A stretch of DNA of 64,000 nt from an uncultured candidate division Zixibacteria bacterium (lineage in GTDB: Bacteria; Zixibacteria; MSB-5A5; RBG-16-43-9): the NCBI GenBank assembly GCA_963713865.1, contig OY970208.1, positions 1,696,001-1,760,000 on the forward strand, given 5' to 3'. The first letter of the stretch is position 1, and each line of letters begins with the position of its first letter. The notes below the pieces were generated by a model. It saw nothing but the letters and a program-made list of their open reading frames with translations. It was not told the DNA's origin and searched no databases. The position numbers were made by a program, and so were the translations under genes. Below, in pieces: positions 21,729-31,200 of the stretch.

Positions 21729-22385
21729 TTGAAGGAGATTAAGATGAGAAAGTTTAAAATCGTTATACTGATAGTCTTGGGTTTGTCATTCTCTGTTGCA
21801 TCAGCTCAGGCTCAATTCCTGGGTCAGCTTTCTACTGCACGGACTCTGCCTGTAGGTCAATATGATTTAGGGGGGTATTTCGGTGTATATCAGGATGCTT
21901 TCGCCTTCTTCGGACAGTTTAGAGGCGGAGTAGCAGATTATTTTGATTTAGGTATGAAGTTAGGGTTGATCAGTTTTGATCCGGGTGGAGAAGGAATCAT
22001 CTTAAGCGGAGATTTTAAGTATCAGCTTTTAGACGTCAAGCAGAAGGATCCTTTTGATCTTTCTATTGGGGCCGGATTAGAATTCTCCAGTGTTAGCGAT
22101 TTCAATACCTTCTCTTTTGGGGCAAATTTCTGTGGTTCTTATGATTTTGCTTTAAGTAAGGGAAGGGTGATTTCGCCTTACGCTCGAATGAATTTGAGAA
22201 GTCAAAGGGAGCATGTTGAAGGAGGGCCTCACTGGCTCGATCATGATTTTACGAATACAGATTTCAAGGTAGGGATTAATCCGGGTGTAAGTCTAAAGGT
22301 ATCTACTAATTTTCAAATATTAGGAGAACTGCAGTTTGACGAGAATTTTGGGTTCATTGGAGGAGTAACCTATACTTTTTATTAA
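21729..22385 (+). CDS. Outer-membrane beta-barrel protein (hypothetical)
   Basis: Signal peptide (likely start MRKFK), alternating beta-strand pattern, aromatic C-terminus GVTYTFY. Confidence 0.65.
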   Translation: MKEIKMRKFKIVILIVLGLSFSVASAQAQFLGQLSTARTLPVGQYDLGGYFGVYQDAFAFFGQFRGGVADYFDLGMKLGLISFDPGGEGIILSGDFKYQLLDVKQKDPFDLSIGAGLEFSSVSDFNTFSFGANFCGSYDFALSKGRVISPYARMNLRSQREHVEGGPHWLDHDFTNTDFKVGINPGVSLKVSTNFQILGELQFDENFGFIGGVTYTFY

Positions 22386-22497
22386 TCTAAAATAAATCCA
22401 TTTTTGGCAAAGCTCTGGTTTTTACAAGTTATTCTTGACCACCAGAGCTTTTCGTTTTATTTATCTAAGAGTATTGAAGAAGAAAGGAGAATTTTGA

Positions 22498-23301
22498 ATG
22501 AACTGGATTGAGGTTGCAATATTGGGGATTGTTCAAGGGCTGACCGAATTTTTACCCGTTTCCAGCTCCGGGCATTTAGTCCTGACTGAAAAGATATTTA
22601 ATATTCATACAGAGAATATCTATTTAGAGGTATTTTTACATTTTGGGACTTTTATGGCAGTGGTTATTGTATTCTGGAAAGATATTTTAGGGATTATAAA
22701 AGCGCTCTGGGTGAATATATTTTCAGCTGATAGAAACAGCACTTCAGTTGATTATTTTAAACTATTTTTATGTCTTTTAATCGGTACTGTTCCAGCCGGG
22801 GTTTTGGGATTATTATTTAAAGACTTTGTGGAAAGCTTTTTTAAAAGCTCTTCACTTGTATCTTTTATGTTAGTCTGCACAGGAATTTTTCTTATTCTAA
22901 CCAGATTCTCAAAAATAAAAAAAGAGTCAGTTGGTTTCTTCGATTCTCTGATAATTGGATTAGCTCAAGGTTTAGCTTTACTTCCAGGGATTTCACGGTC
23001 TGGCTGGACTATAAGTGCCGGGTTATTCAGAGAGATAAAGGGAAATAAAGCGGCAGAATTCTCTTTTCTTTTATCTCTACCAGCAATTTTAGGAGCATCA
23101 GTTTTGAAGTTAAAGGAGAGTATAGGTCAAAATTTACCTTCTAAGACAATGGCACTTTATCTTTCAGGGGTTTTGTTTGCTTTTATCTTCGGTTATTTTT
23201 CAATAAAATTTATGTTACGGATTTTGAAGAAAGGTAAATTAGAATATTTTGGATATTATTGTATTATAATAGGTATTCTAAGTTTGATATTTTTGAGATA
23301 G
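22498..23301 (+). CDS. uppP: Undecaprenyl-diphosphate phosphatase
   Basis: GIVQGLTEFLPVSSSGH, LPGISRSG, AEFSFLLSLP. Confidence 0.96.
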   Translation: MNWIEVAILGIVQGLTEFLPVSSSGHLVLTEKIFNIHTENIYLEVFLHFGTFMAVVIVFWKDILGIIKALWVNIFSADRNSTSVDYFKLFLCLLIGTVPAGVLGLLFKDFVESFFKSSSLVSFMLVCTGIFLILTRFSKIKKESVGFFDSLIIGLAQGLALLPGISRSGWTISAGLFREIKGNKAAEFSFLLSLPAILGASVLKLKESIGQNLPSKTMALYLSGVLFAFIFGYFSIKFMLRILKKGKLEYFGYYCIIIGILSLIFLR

Positions 23302-23317
23302 AGAAGAGATCTAAGAC

Positions 23318-24970
23318 ATGCAGCAAAATAAATACAAGATACTGATTATAAGATTAAGCTCCTTGGGAGATATCATCTTAACTGCTCCGGTGTTGGATGC
23401 CTTAAAAGAGAATTTCAAAAACTCTGAAATTTATTTTTTAACAAAGCGAAAATACCAGGGGCTTTTTGAGTCCGACCCGAGGGTTTCTTCATTAATCTAT
23501 TTTGAACCTAAGGGAAAGGATAAAGGGCTTTCCGGATTATTTCGATTGATAAGTAAATTAAATCAGGAAGAATTTAATCTAATTGTTGATTTGCATTCTA
23601 ACCTCAGAAGTTATTTTATTCGCCATTTAGTTAAAACCAAGAAGAAGATTCGGTACCATAAAAGGTTAATCCCTCGTCTTTTTATGGTTTATTTCAAACA
23701 ATGGAAAGTTAAGCCTGTTTCAATTGTTGACTGCTATCTCAAGAGCCTAGAGGAAATCGGTTTGAAAATTTATAATAGAATTCCAAGGCTCTATTTAAAA
23801 GAAGAAGAAAGACTCTGGGCTAATAACTTTTTAAAGGAATCAGGAATTAAAAAAGATGAGGTTTTGATAGGTATTGCTCCTGGAGCTAAATGGGAGACGA
23901 AACGATGGGATAAAGAAAAATTCTCCATAGTGGCTAATAGTTTGAGTCAGGCTTTATCTGTCCAGAATGAATCCATTTGGACAAGAATCTTTCTGGTTGG
24001 AGATAAGAATGATCAAAAGTTGATTGAGAATATAGAAGACAACGTAGGCATAGATAAAGTAATCCAAGCAGTAGGTTTACCTCTGAATAGGTTAATGGCT
24101 CTGGTGGAAAAATGTGAACTTTTCGTCTCTAACGATTCTGGACCTATGCATCTTGCATCTGCACTTGGGATTCCAACCATAGGTATTTTTGGACCAACTC
24201 ATCCCGGTTTAGGTTTTTCACCAAAAGGATTAGGAGATAAAATATTCTGGGCAGGAGTTGAATGTTCCCCCTGCAGCCTGCACGGAGAAAAAAAATGTGT
24301 TAAGGAATCAAAGTTTTGTATGGATAACATAAAGCCGGAAAAAATTATTGAAGAAGCAAAAAAAATGATAACTGCTTCAAAAGTTATCTTCTTGGATCGG
24401 GATGGGACTATTACCGTGGAAAAAGATTTTGGGTCCAAAATTGAAGAGGTAGAATTTATTCCAAGGGTTAAAGAGGCATTGAAGATACTTCAAGGATTAG
24501 GGTATAAATTAGTGATAACTTCTAATCAATCGGGAATCGGCAGGGGGATAATGACTGAAAAACAGGTGGAGGAGATAGATAACTTTATTTCAGGAGAACT
24601 GGAAAAAGAAGGGATAAAAGTTTCTGGAATTTATTACTGTCCTCATCTTAAAGAAGAGAATTGCAATTGCCGTAAACCTAAAACCGGTTTAATTGAAAAA
24701 GCTCTGCAGAATAAATATTTAAAGTTGAAAGGGTCCTGGGTTATTGGTGATAAATTGAGTGATGTCTTATTAGGCAAAAACATAAATGGACAATCAATCC
24801 TGGTTTTGACAGGGTATGGTCAGGGCGAGAAGCAAAAAATCGAATCGAATCTTGAAATATATGATTGGCAGAAACCGGATTATGTTGCCAAAGACCTTTG
24901 GGATGCGGCATTATTTATAAAATCGGAAAATTCAAAGAAATCAACCGAAACCATATTCAGTAAGCCATGA
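23318..24970 (+). CDS. Fused LPS heptosyltransferase (GT9, WaaF-like) / D,D-heptose-1,7-bisphosphate phosphatase (GmhB-like)
   Basis: N-terminal IRLSSLGDII, PGAKWETKRW, SNDSGPMHLA, CSPC; C-terminal FLDRDGT, SNQSGIGRG, YCPH..CNCRKP, IGDKLSD. Confidence 0.88.
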   Translation: MQQNKYKILIIRLSSLGDIILTAPVLDALKENFKNSEIYFLTKRKYQGLFESDPRVSSLIYFEPKGKDKGLSGLFRLISKLNQEEFNLIVDLHSNLRSYFIRHLVKTKKKIRYHKRLIPRLFMVYFKQWKVKPVSIVDCYLKSLEEIGLKIYNRIPRLYLKEEERLWANNFLKESGIKKDEVLIGIAPGAKWETKRWDKEKFSIVANSLSQALSVQNESIWTRIFLVGDKNDQKLIENIEDNVGIDKVIQAVGLPLNRLMALVEKCELFVSNDSGPMHLASALGIPTIGIFGPTHPGLGFSPKGLGDKIFWAGVECSPCSLHGEKKCVKESKFCMDNIKPEKIIEEAKKMITASKVIFLDRDGTITVEKDFGSKIEEVEFIPRVKEALKILQGLGYKLVITSNQSGIGRGIMTEKQVEEIDNFISGELEKEGIKVSGIYYCPHLKEENCNCRKPKTGLIEKALQNKYLKLKGSWVIGDKLSDVLLGKNINGQSILVLTGYGQGEKQKIESNLEIYDWQKPDYVAKDLWDAALFIKSENSKKSTETIFSKP

Positions 24971-25596
24971 AAATGATTTTCAAAACTTTAATCGTTGGAG
25001 AGCTGGAGACTAACTGTTATGTCTTGGGAGACGAGAAAACCAGAGAAGGGGTTGTTATTGATCCAGGCGGAGAACCCAAGGAGATCGAAAAAGCTATTGA
25101 AAAATTGAATCTGGAAATCAAATATATCATCCTTACACACGGCCATGGTGACCATATCGGGGTTCTATCTGAGTTGAAAAAGAAGACCGGAGCTAAAATT
25201 TTAATTCACGAAGATGATGCGGAGATGCTCTCTGATCCGGAGAAAAATCTGTCGATTTTTTCATATACCCCAATCTCAGCTCCGGAAGCAGATAAACTCC
25301 TGAAGGATAAAGATAAAATAAAGATTGGCAAGATCGAGCTTGAGGTATTACATACACCTGGACATACGCAAGGAAGTATCTCCCTCTGGACCGATAAAAT
25401 CATTTTTACCGGAGATCTGATCTTTTATGGCTCAGTTGGCAGAACCGACCTTCCTGGTGGTTCTTATCAGGAGCTCTTAAGATCAATTCAGGATAAGATT
25501 CTGGATAAAGAGGATGATACTGTAATCTACCCCGGGCATGGTCCTTCAACTATCATAGGAGAAGAGAGAAAGAATAATCCTTTTCTAAATCTATAA
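24967..25596 (+). CDS. MBL-fold metallo-hydrolase (glyoxalase II-like)
   Basis: LTHGHGDHIG, HTPGHT, TGD, GRTDLPGG, YPGHG. Confidence 0.9.
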   Translation: MKMIFKTLIVGELETNCYVLGDEKTREGVVIDPGGEPKEIEKAIEKLNLEIKYIILTHGHGDHIGVLSELKKKTGAKILIHEDDAEMLSDPEKNLSIFSYTPISAPEADKLLKDKDKIKIGKIELEVLHTPGHTQGSISLWTDKIIFTGDLIFYGSVGRTDLPGGSYQELLRSIQDKILDKEDDTVIYPGHGPSTIIGEERKNNPFLNL

Positions 25597-25611
25597 ATCT
25601 AAAAAACACAG

Positions 25612-26460
25612 ATGATATTAAACACAGATCAAAAAATTGAACTTTTTGATTGTCACGTTCATCCGGACTACTCTCTGGATGCCTCAGGCACGATGGATGA
25701 ATTTTGCCAGAAAGCCCTGAGGATTGGATTGAAGGGGATCTGTTTTACATCGCATTATGATATCGATCCGGAAAGAAAGGACATCGATGCTTTTATGAAG
25801 GTTAAGGGGAAAGTTATTCCTCTTTCTGAAGAGACAGTCAATATCTACCTTGAAGATATAGAAAAGGCTAAACACAAATATGAGCCATTAGGGCTGAAAG
25901 TCAGATCCGGTCTGGAAATAGATTATGCTCCTCGTATCGAAGAGCAATTGAGAGAAGACCTTTCAAAATTTAAGTTGGATTATATCTTAGGAGCAATTCA
26001 CTGTCTGGAACATATCGCTATTACCTCTTCAGAAGAGGTTTTTCTATATTTGGAAAAGAGGACGGCACAGAATCTATGCGATGACTATTATGATAATCTT
26101 CTTTCCGGGATTAAGTCAGGTTTATTTCACTCCGTCGCTCATTTAGATGGGTTCAAGAAGTATGCCCTTGGTTATTATGGAGAAAAGCTTTTAATGGCAG
26201 AAAGAATTTGGATAGGTCCAGTTTTACAGGAACTGAAAAACAGGAAAATCGGAATTGAACTCAATACTGGCTGGTTCAAGAAGGGGATAAAGAAGTTCTT
26301 CCCGGATGAAGATATTTTAAAATCAGCAGCTGATTCAGGCATAAATATTACGGCAATAGGCTCAGATGCTCACCGCATAGAAGAATTGGGTTTGGGCTTA
26401 CCAGAGGCAGTATCTTATATCGAAAATAACAAACTCAGCTTCGCACCTTTTCTAACATAA
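25612..26460 (+). CDS. PHP-family histidinol-phosphatase (HisJ-like)
   Basis: DCHVH, FTSH, GLEID, GAIH, AHLD, IELN, GSDAH. Confidence 0.85.
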   Translation: MILNTDQKIELFDCHVHPDYSLDASGTMDEFCQKALRIGLKGICFTSHYDIDPERKDIDAFMKVKGKVIPLSEETVNIYLEDIEKAKHKYEPLGLKVRSGLEIDYAPRIEEQLREDLSKFKLDYILGAIHCLEHIAITSSEEVFLYLEKRTAQNLCDDYYDNLLSGIKSGLFHSVAHLDGFKKYALGYYGEKLLMAERIWIGPVLQELKNRKIGIELNTGWFKKGIKKFFPDEDILKSAADSGINITAIGSDAHRIEELGLGLPEAVSYIENNKLSFAPFLT

Positions 26461-26759
26461 CGAGCAATAGATTATCTGCAAATAGTTTTGCTCTAAAATA
26501 ATCTGGAACAACCGTGTAAGTTGAAATCCCGCCTTAAGGGCGTGGCGGGATTAACTATTTTATAAGGAAGAAAACTGGGGAGTCTTCTGTTGGGGATTTC
26601 CCCCGGTTCAGAATGTGCTATCTCGAAACGATAAAATTCGGGACGAACTAAAGGAGGCATTATGATCTACCTCATCTGATATTTATGGGTGAATATTACT
26701 CTTGATTTGCCGATAGAAATAATAAAATCGGAATTTAGATTCATTAGACAGGAGAGTAG

Positions 26760-28022
26760 ATGAGAAAGGGAAGTGTTATTACAAAAAACGACTCAATCAC
26801 GGTATTGCCTATTCTTCCCCGAACCCTCTGGGAACTGGTAAAGCTGTCCCAGCAAAAGGAACCTGATTTAAAAAGATTGAAAGCATTACTTCTTGAGGAT
26901 GTTGGCCTGTGCGCCAAAGCATTGAACGAGATCAATTCAATCGAAAATCTAAAAGAGCCAGTTAAATCTTTTAACCAAGCATTGGAAACCATAGACTTTG
27001 AACATTTTTTGATCAAAGGCTTAAGCTCACCTCTTTATGATCTTAAGAATTCAGAAGAGACAGCCTGGCATACTAAATTTAACCAGCGGTCAGTTATATC
27101 TGCTTTAGCCTGTAAATTTATCGGGGAGGAGATTGCCTATCCGGATCTGGAGGAACTCTATCTCTGTGGTCTATTGCATGATGTTGGGATTCTTTTTTTA
27201 AAAGAAGGATTTCCAGAAGAATACTCACTGGTGCTTGAAAGAAATAATAAAGGGGCGAAGCTTTCCCAGATCGAAAGGGAGATTTTAGCCACAGACCATC
27301 TGGAGGCAGGAGAAGGAGTAATTGCGGAATGGGGTTTTCCCAGGAATTTGATAAAATCGATTACAGGTCACGAAAACAATGCGAAGGGAAATTACGAGTC
27401 GGCAGAGCTTGTGGCCGGAATAGTAAGTGTGGCTGAACAGATAACTGAAATTATTTTTGTCGAGACAGAGCCTCATGCTTTGGAAGATTTAACAAAATAC
27501 TGGGGTAAAATTATAAATTTACCATCTGAGTTTTTTAACCGCGTCTATGCAAAGCTTTCTGAAGAAATAAGCAGAGAAGCTAACCATTATCAAAAACTGC
27601 CCGAGGACCTGTATGAGGTGATTCTGCAAGCTCACCGGCTGATCAACAGATTGGTTCAAAACTGCGAGGAGAGAACCAGGAACAAATTCAGGGAGATTTA
27701 CAGAGAAAATGAGGAGGAGAGAAAGAAGGCTGAGCTGGAATCTCTAAAGATTATTTTAGCCACTTTTTCACATTACATCAATAACGCTACCACCTCGATA
27801 ATGGGGAAATCTCAGCTTATCGATATAGCTATAAGAAGAGGGGATATCAAAGATGAGAATGGTAAGATCACCTCTTCCATGAAGATAATCCAGCAGGGGG
27901 TGGAGAATATCACCGCAGTTTTAAATGGGCTTAAAAGGCTTGATTCCTTTCGTACGGTAAGATACCACGAGCATTCCAACATCATCGATATCCGGGATAA
28001 AATCGAAATCAAAGGCTTATAA
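26760..28022 (+). CDS. HDOD-domain protein with C-terminal DHp (HisKA-like) module and no ATPase domain
   Basis: LPILP, GLLHDVG, DH..G...WGFP..I.GH (HDOD); C-terminal ATFSHYINNATTSIMGKSQL...RY...IIDI. Confidence 0.8.
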   Translation: MRKGSVITKNDSITVLPILPRTLWELVKLSQQKEPDLKRLKALLLEDVGLCAKALNEINSIENLKEPVKSFNQALETIDFEHFLIKGLSSPLYDLKNSEETAWHTKFNQRSVISALACKFIGEEIAYPDLEELYLCGLLHDVGILFLKEGFPEEYSLVLERNNKGAKLSQIEREILATDHLEAGEGVIAEWGFPRNLIKSITGHENNAKGNYESAELVAGIVSVAEQITEIIFVETEPHALEDLTKYWGKIINLPSEFFNRVYAKLSEEISREANHYQKLPEDLYEVILQAHRLINRLVQNCEERTRNKFREIYRENEEERKKAELESLKIILATFSHYINNATTSIMGKSQLIDIAIRRGDIKDENGKITSSMKIIQQGVENITAVLNGLKRLDSFRTVRYHEHSNIIDIRDKIEIKGL

Positions 28023-28034
28023 TCTGAAAAATAT

Positions 28035-28065
28035 AAAAAAGCCCTCCCCCAGGGAGGGCTTTTTT
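28035..28065. terminator. Bidirectional rho-independent terminator
   Basis: aaaaaa gccctccc cca gggagggc tttttt. Confidence 0.85.
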
Positions 28066-28216
28066 ATTTCAGGGGATTTTAAAAATTTGCTTAACCCAAC
28101 TGGAGAGTTTTTTATTTGACATATTAGTTTTGATAAGCTATTCTAACAGGAGTATTTTAGGGGACATTGGAAAATAAAATAATTTTATATGGTTAGATAT
28201 AACTGGAGAGAAATCT

Positions 28217-31200
28217 ATGAAGTTAAAAAATTGGGAAAAGATAACCGGGGGTAGAGCAGGGCTGATAATGATATGTGCTCTTGCGGTCTTGAGCTTAATA
28301 CTTATCTTAGAGCACATTTTGAATCTGGGTCAACTTCTCGGAGGCTCCAATAAGTTTAATATGATATGGGGTGAGCTAATCATCGACTTGGTTTCAATCT
28401 TCTCCATAGGCATTATCTCCCTGTCTTTAGTTCGCGCAGCTGAATCGAAACGAAGTAAAACCGAGCGGACTCTTTCCTATAGCGAAGAGCGTTACAAAGA
28501 GCTGTTTGAAAATTCGCCTCTGGGTATCTACCGTACCACTCCTGACGGACAGATTCTCCTGGCAAACTCTGCTCTGATTCATATGTTAGGGTATTCCTCT
28601 TTTAAGGAACTGGCAAAACGAAACCTGGAAAAGGAAGGGTTTGAGCCAGACTATCCGCGTAGTCAATTCAAGGAGATAATGGAAAAGGAGGGTGAAGTCA
28701 AGGGTTTGGAATCAGCCTGGTTAAGGCGTGATAGAACAGCGACTTTCGTTTGTGAAAATGCTAAGGCAATTAGAGATGAAAAGGGCAAAATCCTGTATTA
28801 TGAGGGGACAGTTGAAGATATCACGGAGAAGAAAAAGGCAGAGGAGAGACTAAAGCAATCTGAAAAGGAGTATCGGGGATTATTTGAAGGTGCTCATGAT
28901 GCTATAATTATTTTTAAACCTGAAAGGGAAATTGTTTTAGATGTAAACCAGAGAGCATGCGAGGTCTATGGATTTAATCACTCAGAGTTTATCGGGATGT
29001 CGTTGGAAAGAATTTCAAGGGATGTCCCTCGATGTAAAAGGGAAATTAAAACCGTTTTGGACAAGGGTGTTTACCATCATTTTGAAACGGTTCAGTATCG
29101 AAAAGATAGAACGGAGATGTTCCTGGAGATTAATGCATCGGTGGTGGATTTTAAAGGTCAACCAGCTATCCTGAGCATTAATCGAGACGTAACCAAGCGC
29201 CAAAAAGCAGAAGTAGCATTACGTGCTTCAGAACAAAGATATAAGCTGTTATTCGAGAAAAATCTTGCCGGTGTTTACCACACAACTTTAGATGGAAAAA
29301 TGCTGAATTGTAATGAATCCTTTGCTCGTCTTCTGGGCTATGACTCTGCAGAAGAGGTAATGACCCACCGGGCTTTGGAGTTTTATTTCAAAGACGCTGA
29401 ACGAAAAGAGTTTTTAGCACTTTTACTGAGAAAAGGGAATCTCAATGATTTTGAAATCTGCATGAGAAGAAGAGATGGGAAACCTGTCTGGATCCTGGAA
29501 AACGTCACCTTGATCAAAGATGAAAAAAGTGAACAAGTTTCCATACAGGGTACTTCCATTGATATTACCGAGCGTAAGAAAGCACAGGAGGCACTGCGTG
29601 AAAACGAAGAGCGCCTAAAATTGGTGTTGGAAGGAGCCGAGCTCGGCACTTGGGACCAAGACATGAAAACGGGAGAGGTCGTCCGCAATCGCCGTTGGGT
29701 CGAAATGCTCGGCTATACTTTGGAAGAAATCGATTCGCGTGCAGATGCATGGAAAGAGCTGATCCATCCCGATGATCTGCCAATAGTTAACAGGATAGTC
29801 GAAGACCACGAAGCCGGCCGGACGCCGTTTTTAAGGTGCGAACACCGCATGAAGACGAAATCAGGTGAGTGGAAGTGGATACTCAATTGTGGAAAAATCA
29901 TCCAGTGGGACAGCGACGGGAAACCGGTTCGGGCGACGGGTACGCACACAGACATCACCGAGCGTAAGCGGGTAGAGGAAGAATTGCGTGTTAGCGAGGA
30001 AAAACACAGATTAGTTCTTGATAATATTCCTGTTTTGATCGCGGCTATTGACCAGACAGGCAAATTTGTTCTATGGAATAGATACGCCAAAAAGATGCTT
30101 GGTTATTCGCCACAAGAGGCGATCTGGAAGATAATTCCTTTGGATATACATGAGACAAAAGCAGATGCAGATGAGGTCATTCGGGTTGCCAGCGAAAGAG
30201 GTATCTATGATAAAGAAATAAGATTCAGGTGTAAAGACAAAACTCTTATTCCAGTTCACTTGGTTGTTGTTCCAAATAAGGACTCTACAGGGAAGATTGT
30301 GGGTTTTTATGGTTTTGCGGAAGACATCACCGAGCGCAAGCGGGCGGAGACAGCATTGCGCGAAAGCGGGGAGCGGTTCCGACAGTTTGCGGAGAACATA
30401 GACCAGGTCTTTTGGCTTACGGATTGGGATGCCAAAAAGCTGCTCTACGTGAACCCTGCCTACGAGAGGTTGTACGGCCGTTCCTGTCAGAGTGCGTATG
30501 AAGACAGGAAGAGCTGGCAAGATGTCATCCACCCTGAGGATCGGACCCGGATCTCGGAATCCTTCGCCCGGAGTGCAGACTTAGGCCAGTACGTAGAGGC
30601 AGAGTACCGGATCTTGCGTGATGACGGCACGCTGCGCTGGGTTTTAGATCGCAACTATCCGATCCGGGACAAATACGGGAGAATCTACCGTTTCGCAAGC
30701 GTAGCCGATGACATCACCGAACGTAAGAAAGCAGAGGATGCGCTGAAAGAGTCCGAGGAAAAGTATAGGGCGATAATCGAAGCGGTAGGGAGGGCAGGTG
30801 AGGGAATCATCATCATTCAAGATAACGAACAAGGAGAAGCAGCGTTTGTTTTTGTGAACGACCAGTTTTGCCAGATGTCGGACTATTCGCAGGAAGAGCT
30901 GATGGGCAGGTCACCCTGGGATTTTGTTCCCCATGAAGTCTCAGTTCGGCTTAAAGACTGGTATAAGCGAAGACATACGGGAGAGTCTCTCCCTGGTCAC
31001 TACGAGGCAGCGGGAATTCGTAAAGATGGTGCAATCGTGCCTTTAGATCTTAGTATAGTTACTATGCCATGGCAAGGGAATATAGCGACGGTGCTTTATT
31101 TAAGGGACATCACCGAACGCAAGAAAGCAGAGGAGGCACTGCGCGAGAGCGAGGAAAAACATCGAACATACGTCGAAAACGCTCCGGACGGCATTTTCAT

